Source: Burkholderiales bacterium
Lineage (GTDB): Bacteria > Pseudomonadota > Gammaproteobacteria > Burkholderiales > SG8-39
Direction of reading: 5' to 3'
Length of the DNA stretch: 64,000 nucleotides
Assembly: GCA_050248795.1 (NCBI GenBank)
Contig: JBFWRS010000006.1
Coordinates: forward strand, 16,246-80,245
The notes under the pieces are model-generated. The model saw only the letters and a list, made by a program, of their open reading frames with translations, was not told the origin of the DNA and did no database searches. Position 1 is the first letter of the stretch; each line of letters begins with the position of its first letter. This document shows positions 26,874-37,288 of this stretch, piece after piece. The translations under genes were made by a program, and so were the position numbers.

Positions 26874-27659
26874 TCACGGAAAGAAAAGGTAGAGCCGGTA
26901 ACCGGTGGCGCTGACGCGCCGGGTGTCCAGCGGCAGGCTGAGCACCACCTCGCCGCCGGGCGGCACGCCGCGCGGCAGCAGTTCGGCCAGCGGACGCTCA
27001 CGCAGGTAGTCGGCCGGCAGCAGCACGCGCCGCGCCACCGGGCTGTCGGCGGTGTCAGTGAGCGTCAGTTCCAGCGCCGGATACTCCTGGGGAAACGGCG
27101 CACGGTTGCGCAGCACCGCGTTCAGCAGGATCACCGCTTCGCGCTGGCCGTCAGCCTGCAGTTCGGAGGATTCGATGCTCATCAGCTCGGGTCGCCGCGG
27201 CAGGCGCACCTGGCAGCCCACCGCTTCACACGCGGCGTCCAGGTACGGGCGCGCCTGCGGCAACAGCACCGCGAGCTCGGTGCGGTAGTGATGCAGCGCC
27301 TGCGCGAGCAGCAGCGCGAACGCGAGGACCGCGAGCAGCCCCCACGTCGCGGCGTGGCGGGGCCGGGGCGGCGGCTCGGCGAGGAATGCGACCGGCGGCT
27401 CATCGTCCGCGGCTCCCGCGGCGGGACGCGGCGGGCGCGGCGTCGCGCGCGGGCGCGCGGGTGTGCGCCCCGGATCGAACAGGCCGAGTTGCGGCGACGG
27501 TTCGCGTACACCTGCATCCTGCTGCGCGACCAGGTGCGCGACGCCGTCGAACACTGTCGTGCACTTGCCGCAGCGCACCTTGCCGCCCTTGGCCGACAGT
27601 TGCGCGGGCAGCACGCGGAAGGCGGTGGCGCACTGCGGGCAGCGCGTGACCAGGCTCAT
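26874..27659 (-). CDS. Zinc-ribbon (MJ0042-type) / DUF3426 membrane protein
   Basis: 261 aa: [16 protein letters not shown]...GKVRCGKCTTVFDG (CxxC...CxxC zinc ribbon), a Pro/Arg-rich linker, one TM helix and a C-terminal DUF3426-like domain. ATGA overlap with the prmA stop. Confidence 0.75.
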   Translation of the reverse strand: MSLVTRCPQCATAFRVLPAQLSAKGGKVRCGKCTTVFDGVAHLVAQQDAGVREPSPQLGLFDPGRTPARPRATPRPPRPAAGAADDEPPVAFLAEPPPRPRHAATWGLLAVLAFALLLAQALHHYRTELAVLLPQARPYLDAACEAVGCQVRLPRRPELMSIESSELQADGQREAVILLNAVLRNRAPFPQEYPALELTLTDTADSPVARRVLLPADYLRERPLAELLPRGVPPGGEVVLSLPLDTRRVSATGYRLYLFFP

Positions 27660-28549
27660 CGACGCGTTCCCGCGACCAGCACCCAACCGTCCTCGCTGCC
27701 CGCCACCTGCAGCTCGCAACTCGCGGCATAGGCGGCGATCACATCGGCGGCCTGTGCGCCGAGGATGCCGGACAGCGCAATCCGTCCGCCGGGACGCGTG
27801 CGGGAGGCGATCTCCGGCGCGAGGGCGATCAGCGGATTGGCAAGGATATTGGCGAGCACGATGTCGTATTGGCCTGGTGCGAGCGTGTCCGGGGTGCAGG
27901 CGCGCAGCGTAACGCCGTTGTCGGCTGCATTCGATACCGCGGCCGCCAGCGCCTGTGGATCGATGTCGACGCCATCGGTGTGTGCCGCACCCAGGCGCGC
28001 CGCGGCGATGGCCAATATACCGGAACCGCAACCGTAGTCGAGGACGCGCAGGCCGGCGCAGCCGCTGCGTTCCAGCCAGCCGAGCACCAGCCGCGTGGTC
28101 GGGTGCGAGCCGGTGCCGAACGCGAGCCCCGGATCGAGCCTGACCACCACCGCGGCGGGATCCTGCGGCGGCGCATGCCAGCTCGGTACGATCCACAGGT
28201 GCTCACCCGCCTGCACCGGCGCGAACTGCGCCTGCGTCGCGCGCACCCAGTCCTGTTCCTCGACTTGCGCGTGCGTGAACTGCGGCGGCGGGATGCCGGC
28301 CGCCATGCTTGCGGCGCCGATCAGCGCCGCGGCATCGCAATCCTGCGGCGCCAGCGCATGCACCCGGTTGCGGTCCCACGCCGCGCCCGATTCCCACGAC
28401 GGTTCGCCATAGAGCGGGCGTTCGCGCACGGTGCCCGCATCGGCATCCTCGATCGACACCGAGATCGCGCCTGCCTCGAGCAGCGCGTCCGAGAAGGCCT
28501 CGGCGTGCGCCGCATCCACCTCGGCGCTTAGCGAGAGCCAGGGCATCAC
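27656..28549 (-). CDS. prmA: Ribosomal protein L11 methyltransferase
   Basis: 297 aa: FGTGSHPTT and [15 protein letters not shown]. Confidence 0.95.
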   Translation of the reverse strand: MMPWLSLSAEVDAAHAEAFSDALLEAGAISVSIEDADAGTVRERPLYGEPSWESGAAWDRNRVHALAPQDCDAAALIGAASMAAGIPPPQFTHAQVEEQDWVRATQAQFAPVQAGEHLWIVPSWHAPPQDPAAVVVRLDPGLAFGTGSHPTTRLVLGWLERSGCAGLRVLDYGCGSGILAIAAARLGAAHTDGVDIDPQALAAAVSNAADNGVTLRACTPDTLAPGQYDIVLANILANPLIALAPEIASRTRPGGRIALSGILGAQAADVIAAYAASCELQVAGSEDGWVLVAGTRR

Positions 28550-29910
28550 TTCGCCGGCTTCTTCTCCTGCGCGAGCTTCTGCTCCAGGTAGTGGATCGAC
28601 GTGCCGCCACGCAGGAACCGGTTGTCGTGCATCAGGTCCAGGTGCAGCGGAATGTTCGTCTGTATGCCCTCCAGCACCATCTCCGAGAGCGCGATGCGCA
28701 TGCGCCGGATCGCCTGGTCACGCGTGTCGCCGTAGGCGATCACCTTGGCGACCATCGAGTCGTAGTGCGGCGGTACCGTGTAGCCCGCATAGATGTGCGT
28801 GTCGACGCGGATTCCGGGCCCGCCGGGAGGGTGGTACGACACGATCTTCCCGGGCGATGGCGTGAAGCGGTACGGGTCCTCGGCGTTGATGCGGCATTCC
28901 ACCGCATGGCCGCGGAACTGCACATCGCGCTGCCGGAACGACAGTTTCTCGCCTGCGGCGATGCGGATCTGCTGCTGCACGATGTCGATGCCGGTGATCA
29001 TCTCGGTCACCGGATGCTCCACCTGCACGCGCGTGTTCATCTCGATGAAGTAGAACTCGCCGTTCTCGTAGAGGAATTCGAAGGTGCCCGCGCCGCGATA
29101 GTTGATGCGGCGGCAGGCATCGGCGCAACGCTCGCCGATGCGCTCGCGCAGCTTCGCCGGCAGGTCGGGCGCCGGCGCTTCCTCGAGGATCTTCTGGTGC
29201 CGGCGCTGCATCGAGCAGTCGCGCTCGCCGAGGTACACCGCATTCTTGTGGCTGTCGGCCAGCACCTGGATCTCGACGTGCCGCGGGTTCTCGAGGAATT
29301 TCTCCAGGTACACCATCGGATTGCTGAAGGCGGTCTGCGCCTCGTTGCGCGTCATGCTGACGGCGTTCAGCAGCGCCGCCTCGGTGTGCACCACGCGCAT
29401 GCCGCGCCCGCCGCCGCCCCCGGCGGCCTTGATGATGACCGGGTAGCCGATCTTGCGCGCGATGCGCACGATCTCCTTGGGGTCCTCGGGCAGGGCGCCC
29501 TCGGATCCCGGCACGGTGGGCACGCCGTTCTTGATCATGGCCTGCTTGGCGCTGACCTTGTCGCCCATCAGCCTGATGTTCTCCGGGCGCGGGCCGATGA
29601 ACACGAAGCCGCTGCCCTCGACCTTCTCGGCGAAATCGGCGTTCTCGGAGAGGAAGCCATAGCCGGGATGGATTGCCTCGGCGTCGGTGACTTCGGCCGC
29701 ACTGATGATCGCGGGAATGTTCAGGTAACTTTGCGCGGACGGCGGCGGGCCGATGCAGACGGACTCGTCGGCCAGCTTGACGTACTTCGCCTCGGTGTCG
29801 GCCTCGGAGTGAACCACCACCGTGCGTATGCCCAGCTCGCGGCAGGCGCGCTGGATCCGCAGCGCGATCTCGCCGCGATTCGCGATGAGGATCTTCTCGA
29901 ACATCGCCAT
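28546..29910 (-). CDS. accC: Acetyl-CoA carboxylase biotin carboxylase subunit
   Basis: 454 aa: [13 protein letters not shown], the ATP-grasp motif [10 protein letters not shown], and [14 protein letters not shown]. Confidence 0.98.
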   Translation of the reverse strand: MAMFEKILIANRGEIALRIQRACRELGIRTVVVHSEADTEAKYVKLADESVCIGPPPSAQSYLNIPAIISAAEVTDAEAIHPGYGFLSENADFAEKVEGSGFVFIGPRPENIRLMGDKVSAKQAMIKNGVPTVPGSEGALPEDPKEIVRIARKIGYPVIIKAAGGGGGRGMRVVHTEAALLNAVSMTRNEAQTAFSNPMVYLEKFLENPRHVEIQVLADSHKNAVYLGERDCSMQRRHQKILEEAPAPDLPAKLRERIGERCADACRRINYRGAGTFEFLYENGEFYFIEMNTRVQVEHPVTEMITGIDIVQQQIRIAAGEKLSFRQRDVQFRGHAVECRINAEDPYRFTPSPGKIVSYHPPGGPGIRVDTHIYAGYTVPPHYDSMVAKVIAYGDTRDQAIRRMRIALSEMVLEGIQTNIPLHLDLMHDNRFLRGGTSIHYLEQKLAQEKKPAK

Positions 29911-30371
29911 CAGGCGATGACGAACAGCGGCTGGCCGTACTCGACCGGCTGCCCGTTCTCCACCAGTATCGCCTTCACCACGCCCGTGGCGTCGGCCTCG
30001 ATCTCGTTCATCAGCTTCATGGCCTCGATGATGCAGATGGTCTCGCCCTGCTTGATCGACTGACCGACTTCGACGAAGGGCCTCGCGTCCGGCGCCGAGG
30101 CGCGGTAGAAGGTGCCGACCATCGGCGCCTTGACCACGTGACCTTCGGGCTTCTGCTCGGCTGCCGGCGCGGGCGCCGCCTCGGCGGGGCCCGCAATCGC
30201 CGCCGGTGCCGGCAAAGGCGCGGGCGCGTGAATCGCCGCGCCGGGCTGGCCGGTGGCAAGCACGCCGCCCCGCGCGATGCGGACTTTCTCCTCGCCCTCG
30301 GTGATCTCGAGCTCGGCGATTCCCGATTCCTGCACCAGGTCGATCAGCTTCTTCAGTTTGCGCAGATCCAT
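29910..30371 (-). CDS. accB: Acetyl-CoA carboxylase biotin carboxyl carrier protein
   Basis: 153 aa with an Ala/Pro linker and the biotinylation motif [11 protein letters not shown]. Confidence 0.96.
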   Translation of the reverse strand: MDLRKLKKLIDLVQESGIAELEITEGEEKVRIARGGVLATGQPGAAIHAPAPLPAPAAIAGPAEAAPAPAAEQKPEGHVVKAPMVGTFYRASAPDARPFVEVGQSIKQGETICIIEAMKLMNEIEADATGVVKAILVENGQPVEYGQPLFVIA

Positions 30372-30392
30372 GCTGCCCCCTTTGCGGCGCGG

Positions 30393-30884
30393 CTAGATGC
30401 CGGCCTTGATGCGTTGGATGGCGTAGTCCAGTGCGAACTCGTAGCCGCGCCGGCCCAGGCCGGCGATGGTTCCCACCGCAATGTCCGACACGAACGAGCG
30501 ATGGCGGAACGGTTCGCGGGCATGCACGTTGGACAGGTGGACCTCGATGAACGCGATGCTTCCAGCCGCCAGCGCGTCGCGGATCGCCACGCTGGTATGC
30601 GTGTAGGCCCCCGGATTGATGATGATGAAGCCGGTGCCGTCGCGACTTGCCTGCTGGATCCGGTCCACCAGGGCACCTTCATGGTTCGACTGGAAGCAGC
30701 TGACGCGCACCCCGGCCCGCCGGCCCTGGCCCTGCAGCGCGAGATCCACATCTGCCAGCGTGCCGTGGCCATAGATGTGGGGCTCCCGGGTGCCCAGGAG
30801 GTTCAGGTTAGGGCCGTGCAGCACAAGAACCGATTGGGCCGGTTTGGTGGATTTTTTCGCCATGTTCGACGTAGATGACGGCAT
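30393..30884 (-). CDS. aroQ: Type II 3-dehydroquinate dehydratase
   Basis: [26 protein letters not shown] and [11 protein letters not shown]. The start is ambiguous between 30884 and 30863 (MAKKST). Confidence 0.93.
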   Translation of the reverse strand: MPSSTSNMAKKSTKPAQSVLVLHGPNLNLLGTREPHIYGHGTLADVDLALQGQGRRAGVRVSCFQSNHEGALVDRIQQASRDGTGFIIINPGAYTHTSVAIRDALAAGSIAFIEVHLSNVHAREPFRHRSFVSDIAVGTIAGLGRRGYEFALDYAIQRIKAGI

Positions 30885-30949
30885 TTTAGTCGATCAATGT
30901 TCTCGCTGGGCGGGTTGCCCATGGCTGGGCGATGAAGGCAGCATGCAAA

Positions 30950-30966
30950 GTCGTCACTTTGACGAC
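30950..30966 (-). terminator. Weak hairpin downstream of the 204-aa hypothetical gene
   Basis: A GTCGTCA/TGACGAC 7-bp stem with a 3-nt loop, followed on the minus strand by UUUGCAU. The U-tract is poor. Confidence 0.25.
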
Positions 30967-30989
30967 ATTTACCACCACGTTCGCGGATC

Positions 30990-31604
30990 TTAGCCGGTTT
31001 TCCGTGCTGAAACCAGGCTTTCAACCTCACGGATACCGGCTCGTTCGATAGTCCGCCCGGCGACCGAGGTCTTCAAGGCTACGCGCTCGTCCCGCGGATC
31101 GTACACCGAGATGCTGAGTTCGCTGTCCTGCCAGGCGAACTTGAGCATGCTCACCGCGCGTGCCCGCTCACCGGAGTAGCGCCTGACTTCGGCCGATTCG
31201 TAGGCGATGCCCTGGTCGAGCAGGAAGATCTCCACGTCCTTGGAACTCTCGGGAAAGAGCTGCAGCTCGATGGCCGCGAACGGCCCCGCGGTGCCGGTCA
31301 GAACCGGGCCGGTGAGATACGGATGAAACTGTTCCAGCAGGCGCATCGCCGCCAGGGCCTGGCGGCGCAGCTTCCCCACCCGCTCGGGATGTTCCTCGGC
31401 CTGGTAGAGCGCGCGATACGCGTGCAGTTCGGCCTCGACTTCGTCATTTCCCGGCAGCGATTCCGTATCCGCAGCGCCGAGCTGCCGCGCGGCCTTGCGC
31501 TTGGCGAGAGAGAAGTCGTCGATGCCGTCCTCGGCCATCAGGCGCGCCGCTGCTGCGGCGATCCTCGTTCGCATGCCATGCTGGCGCGCGTTCCTGCGGC
31601 TCAT
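30990..31604 (-). CDS. Conserved hypothetical protein (204 aa)
   Basis: Clean ORF with genome-typical codon usage, divergent from mpl. I recognise no motif. Confidence 0.6.
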   Translation of the reverse strand: MSRRNARQHGMRTRIAAAAARLMAEDGIDDFSLAKRKAARQLGAADTESLPGNDEVEAELHAYRALYQAEEHPERVGKLRRQALAAMRLLEQFHPYLTGPVLTGTAGPFAAIELQLFPESSKDVEIFLLDQGIAYESAEVRRYSGERARAVSMLKFAWQDSELSISVYDPRDERVALKTSVAGRTIERAGIREVESLVSARKTG

Positions 31605-31648
31605 CGCGGAGTTCCTTCAGGGTCGCTCCCATCATAATAGACACCTGC

Positions 31649-33016
31649 ATGGGCGCGCACCTACACATACTCGGCATCTGCGGCACCTTCATGGGTGGCA
31701 TCGCCGCGATCGCGCGCGCCGCGGGGCATCGCGTCACCGGCTGCGACGCGGCGGTGTATCCGCCGATGAGCGAGCAGCTCGAGCGCCTGGGAATCGAACT
31801 TATCGAGGGCTATGGCGCCGACCAGCTTGCGCTGGCGCCGGACGTGTGGGTGGTCGGCAACGTCGTCACCCGCGGCAATCCGCTGATGGAGGCGATACTC
31901 GACCGCGGCGACCGCTATGTGTCCGGGCCGCAGTGGCTGGCGGAAAACGTGCTGCAGGGCCGCCACGTGCTTGCGGTAGCCGGGACGCACGGCAAGACCA
32001 CCACGGCGGCAATGCTGGCCTGGGTGCTGGAGCGTGCCGGATTGCAGCCGGATTTCCTCATCGGCGGCGTGGCAAATGATTTCCCGGTGTCGGCGCGGCA
32101 TGGCGGCAGCAGGCACTTCGTCATCGAGGCGGACGAGTACGACACCGCATTCTTCGATAAGCGCTCCAAGTTCGTGCACTACCGCCCCAGAACCGCGATA
32201 TTGAACAATCTCGAGTTCGATCATGCAGACATCTTCTCCGATCTTGCTGCTATCGAGCAGCAATTCCATCACTTCGTGCGTATCGTGCCGAGTCGAGGTC
32301 GGATCATCGCCAACGCTGCGGATGCCGCACTGAAGCGCGTGCTGGCGCGTGGCTGCTGGTCCGGGCTGGAGTACTTCGGCGCTGCACCCGGCTGGCAGGC
32401 AGGGGTGCCGGGTAGCGAGGGCGAGTTCGAGGTCGCCTGCGACGGCAAGGTGCTCGGCAGGCTGCGCTGGAACCTTCTGGGTGCGCACAACCGGCTGAAC
32501 GCGCTGGCGGCGATCGCCGCTGCGCGGCATGCCGGCGTCGAGCCGGCCGCGGCGATCGAGGCGCTTGCGGCCTTCGGCGGCGTCAAGCGCCGCATGGAAG
32601 TGAAGGGGAGGGCGCGCGGTATCACCGTGTACGACGATTTTGCCCACCACCCGAGCGCAATCCGCACCACGCTGGAGGGGCTGCGCGCCAGGGTAGGCGC
32701 GGCGCGGATACTGGCGGTACTCGAGCCGCGCTCGAACACCATGAAACTCGGCGTGCTGAAGGACGAACTGCCGCAGAGCCTTGCCGCCGCCGACCGCGTC
32801 TACGTCCTTGGCGACGGCCTCGGCTGGAACGCGGCGGCGCTGCTGGCACCGCTCGGGTCACGTGCGCAGGTGCACGGCAGCCTGGAGCAACTCGTCGCGG
32901 CGGTAGCCGCAGACGCGCGCGAGGGGGATCACGTGCTCGCCATGTCGAACGGCGGCTTCGGCGGCTTTCACGCGAGACTGTTGGCAGCGCTGGGCGCGAC
33001 GAAAGCGCTCGCTTGA
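31649..33016 (+). CDS. mpl: UDP-N-acetylmuramate:L-alanyl-gamma-D-glutamyl-meso-diaminopimelate ligase
   Basis: 455 aa Mur ligase: HILGICGTFMGGIA, GTHGKTTT, and DDFAHHPSAI. Confidence 0.93.
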   Translation: MGAHLHILGICGTFMGGIAAIARAAGHRVTGCDAAVYPPMSEQLERLGIELIEGYGADQLALAPDVWVVGNVVTRGNPLMEAILDRGDRYVSGPQWLAENVLQGRHVLAVAGTHGKTTTAAMLAWVLERAGLQPDFLIGGVANDFPVSARHGGSRHFVIEADEYDTAFFDKRSKFVHYRPRTAILNNLEFDHADIFSDLAAIEQQFHHFVRIVPSRGRIIANAADAALKRVLARGCWSGLEYFGAAPGWQAGVPGSEGEFEVACDGKVLGRLRWNLLGAHNRLNALAAIAAARHAGVEPAAAIEALAAFGGVKRRMEVKGRARGITVYDDFAHHPSAIRTTLEGLRARVGAARILAVLEPRSNTMKLGVLKDELPQSLAAADRVYVLGDGLGWNAAALLAPLGSRAQVHGSLEQLVAAVAADAREGDHVLAMSNGGFGGFHARLLAALGATKALA

Positions 33017-33585
33017 TCATCTACCTGCACGGCTTCAACAGCGCGCCTTCCTCGTACAAGGCGCGCACGCTGCACAGGTTCATGCAGGAGCGCGGCCTGG
33101 GGCAGCTGTTCTGCTGTCCGGACCTGCCGCACCGGCCGCAGGAAGCCGTGGCGCTGATCGAGGCGGAGTTCGCCAGGCAGGCAACCGGCAGCGTCACCTT
33201 CGTCGGCAGCTCGCTCGGCGGCTTCTACGCCACGTGGTTCGCCGAGCGCCACGGCTGCCGCGCGGTGCTGATGCAGCCGGCGGTGTATCCGCATATCGGG
33301 CTCGAGTCGAGGCTCGGTCCGCAGCGCAACCTGTACACGGCGGCCGAGTACGAGCTGACGCAGGCCCATCTGGACGCCTGGCGCGCGCTCGAGGTCGAGG
33401 AGGTGGACCCGGAGCGCTACCTGCTGCTGCTCGAAACCGGCGACGAGTTGCTCGACTATCGCGAGGCGGTGCGCAAGTACGAGGGCGCGCGCATGGTCAT
33501 CCGGCAGGGCGGCGACCACACCCTGCAGAGCTTTCCGGAGCACCTGCCGCGCATCCTCCGCTTTGCCGGCATCGACGCGCGGTAG
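33013..33585 (+). CDS. yqiA: YqiA/UPF0227 family esterase
   Basis: 190 aa: IIYLHGFNSAP and the nucleophile elbow GSSLGG. TTG start overlapping the mpl stop. Confidence 0.82.
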   Translation: MIIYLHGFNSAPSSYKARTLHRFMQERGLGQLFCCPDLPHRPQEAVALIEAEFARQATGSVTFVGSSLGGFYATWFAERHGCRAVLMQPAVYPHIGLESRLGPQRNLYTAAEYELTQAHLDAWRALEVEEVDPERYLLLLETGDELLDYREAVRKYEGARMVIRQGGDHTLQSFPEHLPRILRFAGIDAR

Positions 33586-33587
33586 GC

Positions 33588-35468
33588 ATGCAGCTGCTCT
33601 ACGAAGAGGACGGCGAGTTCAAGGTCGGCACCGTGCTGTCCTCGGGACCTGCGTCCCACCAGGTCGAGAGTCCGCACGGACGTCGCACGAAGATCAAGTC
33701 CGGCAGCGTGCTGCTCGCCTTCGAGCAGCCGCCGGGCGCGCTGCTGCTCGAGCAGGCGCGGCAGTACGCGGATGGACTGGACACCGATTTCCTCTGGCAA
33801 TGCTGCGGCGCCGACGAATTTTCATTCGAGGACCTCGCGCGCGACTATGTCGGCAGGGCGCCGACCCCGGTGGAAGCCGCCGGCGTGCTGATGAAGCTGC
33901 ACGCGGCGCCGATGTACTTCCATCGCAAGAGCCGCGGGCGCTTTCGCGCCGCGCCGCCGGAGACGCTGAAGCTCGCGCTTGCCGGCCTTGAGCGCAAGCG
34001 CCTGCTCGAGCAGCAGGTGGCGGGCTGGGTGGCGAGCCTGGCGCGCTTTGAGTGCCCCGCCGAGATCGCCGCGCTGAAGGACGAGCTGCTGTACCGCCCG
34101 GATCGCGCCAAGCCGCAGACCAGGGCGTTCGAGCAGGCAGTGAAGGAACTGGGCCTGACGCCGGTGCAGCTGTTTGCGCGCTGCGGCCTGCTGCAGGACA
34201 GCCACGCCTATCACCTCAACAGGTTCCTCTACGAGTTCCACCCGCTGGGCGAGGCCTTCGCGGCGCACGAAGTACCCCTGCCGCCGGATGACCTGCCGAT
34301 GGCCGAGGCCGACGCCTTCAGCCTGGATGACGCCGGCACCACCGAGATCGACGACGCGTTCTCCCTCAGCAGGGTGTCGGAAGACGAATGGCGCGTGGGC
34401 ATCCACATCGCCGCGCCCGGCCTTGCCATCGCGCCGGGGTCGCCGCTGGACGCCATCGCGCGCGCGCGCCTGTCCACCGCGTACATGCCGGGCTGCAAGT
34501 TCACCATGCTGCCCGACGACGTCGTGGCGCGCTTCTCGCTGGACGAAGGTGGCTATCGGCCCGCAGTGTCGCTGTACCTCACCGTATCCGCCGTGGATTT
34601 CTCGGTGCGCGCGCGCGGCACCCGGCTCGAGCGGGTGCGCATCGCCGCCAACCTGCGGCATGCCGACTGCGATGCGCTGAACCACGCGTTCGAGGAGGGC
34701 AGCACGCTCGGCCTGCCGCACGAGGACGCGCTGCGCGTGCTGTGGCACTTCGCCGGCGCGCTGGAGGCCGCGCGTGGCAGGCCGAGCGTGAATGCCGCGC
34801 AGCTCGATTACAACTTCGAAGTCGAGGACGGGCGCGTCACCATCGTGCCACGCCGCCGCGGCGCGCCGCTGGAGAAGCTCGTTTCCGAACTGATGATCCT
34901 TGCCAACAGCGGCTGGGGCAGCCTGCTCGCGGAGCGCGACATCGCCGCGATCTACCGCGTGCAGTCCACCGGCAAGGTGCGCCTGTCGGTGCATCCGGAA
35001 GCGCACGAGGGACTCGGCGTGAGCTGCTACGCATGGATGAGTTCCCCGCTGCGCCGCTATGTCGACCTGGTGAACCAGTGGCAGCTGATCGCGGCGGTGT
35101 CGGGCCGCAGGCCGCCGTTCACCCGGGCGTCGGAAGGGCTGCTCACGGCACTCCGGGCATTCGAGGTGGTCTACGCGCGCTACGACGAGCACCAGCGCAC
35201 GATGGAGAACTACTGGTGCCTGCGCTGGCTGCAGCAGGAGAGCGTCGCGCACACCGCCGGCGTGGTGCTGCGGGACAATCTGGTGCGCATCGACGGCATG
35301 CCGCTGGTGGTCAAGGTGCCGTCACTGCCGGGACTGGAACCCGGCAGGCGCGTGCGGGTCAGAATCGACGAGATCGACCTGCTGGAGCGCAGGCTGCAGT
35401 GCACGTATGTCGAGACCCTGGACAGCGCCGCCGGGAATGTGCCGCTGCCGGCGCAGCGGGAGGCGTGA
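33588..35468 (+). CDS. RNase II/R family 3'-5' exoribonuclease (RNB domain)
   Basis: 626 aa from ATG 33588 (MQLLYEEDGEFKVG). RNB motifs TTEIDDAFS, GIHIAAP and YAWMSSPLRRYVDLVNQWQL. Confidence 0.9.
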   Translation: MQLLYEEDGEFKVGTVLSSGPASHQVESPHGRRTKIKSGSVLLAFEQPPGALLLEQARQYADGLDTDFLWQCCGADEFSFEDLARDYVGRAPTPVEAAGVLMKLHAAPMYFHRKSRGRFRAAPPETLKLALAGLERKRLLEQQVAGWVASLARFECPAEIAALKDELLYRPDRAKPQTRAFEQAVKELGLTPVQLFARCGLLQDSHAYHLNRFLYEFHPLGEAFAAHEVPLPPDDLPMAEADAFSLDDAGTTEIDDAFSLSRVSEDEWRVGIHIAAPGLAIAPGSPLDAIARARLSTAYMPGCKFTMLPDDVVARFSLDEGGYRPAVSLYLTVSAVDFSVRARGTRLERVRIAANLRHADCDALNHAFEEGSTLGLPHEDALRVLWHFAGALEAARGRPSVNAAQLDYNFEVEDGRVTIVPRRRGAPLEKLVSELMILANSGWGSLLAERDIAAIYRVQSTGKVRLSVHPEAHEGLGVSCYAWMSSPLRRYVDLVNQWQLIAAVSGRRPPFTRASEGLLTALRAFEVVYARYDEHQRTMENYWCLRWLQQESVAHTAGVVLRDNLVRIDGMPLVVKVPSLPGLEPGRRVRVRIDEIDLLERRLQCTYVETLDSAAGNVPLPAQREA

Positions 35469-35509
35469 TAAGGCCCTAGAATGACGCGATTTCCCGGCAA
35501 GGAGCAGAA

Positions 35510-36424
35510 TTGACGGCGGCTGCCGCCCCCTACTTGCAGAGCCCGGAGGAATACCGGGAGACGCTGGACCGACAGTCGCGCGTGCTCTATACGTGCCTCG
35601 CGGTTTCCCTGCTGCTGCACGCGGTGCTGCTGTCGATCCACTTCCGGCTTCCCGAGGCGATGCGCCGCTCGGCCAACCTGGCGCTGGACGTGATACTGGT
35701 GAACGCGCGGACGCGCGAAGCGCCGGCGAAGGCCGAAGCGCTGGCACAGGCGAACCTGGATGGGGGCGGCAACACCGACGAGGACCGGCGCGCGAAAACG
35801 CCGCTGCCGGTGACCAAGCCGGACACGCCCGGCCGCGACCTCGCGCAGGCGAAGAAGCGGGTGGAGCAACTCGAAGCGCAGCAGAAGAAGCTGCTCGCGC
35901 AGGCGCACAAGTCTCGAGCGGCGGTTCCGGCCCCGGTTGAAGCGCCACGGCAGGCTCCCGAGCGCGAGGCCGTGCCGACGCCGAGCGGCCGCGACCTGGC
36001 GGATCTTTCGCTTGCGGCGATGCGGCTGCAGGCGCAGATCGACCGGCGGATCGACGATTACCAGAAGCGGCCGCGCAAGCAGTTCATTGGCGCGCGCGCA
36101 AGCGAGTACCGGTTCGCGCAGTACGAAGAGGAATGGCGCATGAAGGTGGAGCGCTTCGGCACGCTGAACTATCCGCCCGAGGCGCGCGGCAAGCATTACG
36201 GCAACCTCCGCCTCACGGTGACGATACGGCCCGATGGCAGCGTGGAATCGGTGACGCTGGACCGTTCCTCGGGGCTGAAGGTGCTGGACCGGGCGGCGTT
36301 CCGCATCGTGCGCATGGCGGCGCCGTACGCCGCATTTCCGCCCGAGATCCGCAAGGACACCGATCTGCTGGTGATCACGCGGACCTGGTTCTTCTCGCAG
36401 GGTGACACGATCCGGACGGAGTAA
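35510..36424 (+). CDS. TonB-family C-terminal-domain protein
   Basis: 304 aa with a TTG start 5 nt after AAGGAG. One TM helix, a charged Pro/Lys/Ala linker, and a C-terminal TonB fold (YPPEARGKHYGNLRLTVTIRPDGSV...LDRAAFRIVRMAAPY). Confidence 0.8.
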   Translation: MTAAAAPYLQSPEEYRETLDRQSRVLYTCLAVSLLLHAVLLSIHFRLPEAMRRSANLALDVILVNARTREAPAKAEALAQANLDGGGNTDEDRRAKTPLPVTKPDTPGRDLAQAKKRVEQLEAQQKKLLAQAHKSRAAVPAPVEAPRQAPEREAVPTPSGRDLADLSLAAMRLQAQIDRRIDDYQKRPRKQFIGARASEYRFAQYEEEWRMKVERFGTLNYPPEARGKHYGNLRLTVTIRPDGSVESVTLDRSSGLKVLDRAAFRIVRMAAPYAAFPPEIRKDTDLLVITRTWFFSQGDTIRTE

Positions 36425-36431
36425 TGGAACA

Positions 36432-36456
36432 GGGGGAAACTGAAGTCGTTTCCCCC
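36432..36456 (+). terminator. Stable GC hairpin without U-tract between the tonB-like gene and aroE
   Basis: GGGGGAAAC-TGAAGTC-GTTTCCCCC (9-bp stem), beginning 8 nt after the TAA stop. It is followed by CGCACCCCCC, so it is not a canonical terminator. Confidence 0.35.
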
Positions 36457-36483
36457 CGCACCCCCCAACATACAAGCGAAACG

Positions 36484-37284
36484 ATGCACGATCGCTACGC
36501 GGTAATCGGCAATCCGGTTGCGCATTCGAAGTCGCCGTGGATCCACGCCCGGTTCGCGCGCCAGACCGGGCAGGACCTGGACTACGGCAGCATCGAGGCG
36601 CCGCTGGACGGGTTTGCGCGGGCAGTGGCGACGTTCCGCGCGGGCGGCGGCAGGGGTTTGAACGTGACGCTGCCGTTCAAGGAGCAGGCGTTCGACATCG
36701 CGGCGACGAGCTCGGCACGGGCCAGGGCGGCCGCGGCGGCAAACACGCTGAGGTTCGATGCCACGGGCATCTACGCCGACAATACCGATGGCGTCGGCCT
36801 GGTGCGCGATCTCGAGGGCAATCTCGGCATTGCGCTGAAGGCACGGCAGGTGCTGATCGCAGGCGCGGGCGGCGCGGCACGCGGCGTGCTGCGGCCGTTG
36901 CTGGACGCCGGCGTGGCGACGCTGGCCATCGCGAACCGCAACGCCGCGCGTGCGCGCGAACTTGCAGCACGCTTTCCGGGAGTTCAGGGCTGTGGCTACG
37001 ACGCGCTTGCGGGTCGCCGCTTCGATCTCGTCATCAATGCAACCTCGGCCGGTTTGTCCGGTGGGGCGCCGCCGATTCCCGCGGATGCATTCGATCCCGC
37101 CGGCATCGCCTACGACATGGTCTACGGCCGCGACACGCCGTTCCTCGCGCAGGCGCGCGCCCTGGGCGTGCGTGCGTGCGACGGCCTGGGAATGCTGGTC
37201 GAGCAGGCGGCCGAATCCTTCTTCATCTGGCGAGGTGTGCGGCCCGATACCGCCGAGGTGCTGGAAGCGCTGCGTGCGGACTGA
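36484..37284 (+). CDS. aroE: Shikimate dehydrogenase
   Basis: 266 aa from ATG 36484: YAVIGNPVAHSKSP, NVTLPFK and the NAD(P) motif GAGGAARG. Confidence 0.93.
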   Translation: MHDRYAVIGNPVAHSKSPWIHARFARQTGQDLDYGSIEAPLDGFARAVATFRAGGGRGLNVTLPFKEQAFDIAATSSARARAAAAANTLRFDATGIYADNTDGVGLVRDLEGNLGIALKARQVLIAGAGGAARGVLRPLLDAGVATLAIANRNAARARELAARFPGVQGCGYDALAGRRFDLVINATSAGLSGGAPPIPADAFDPAGIAYDMVYGRDTPFLAQARALGVRACDGLGMLVEQAAESFFIWRGVRPDTAEVLEALRAD

Positions 37285-37288
37285 GGCG

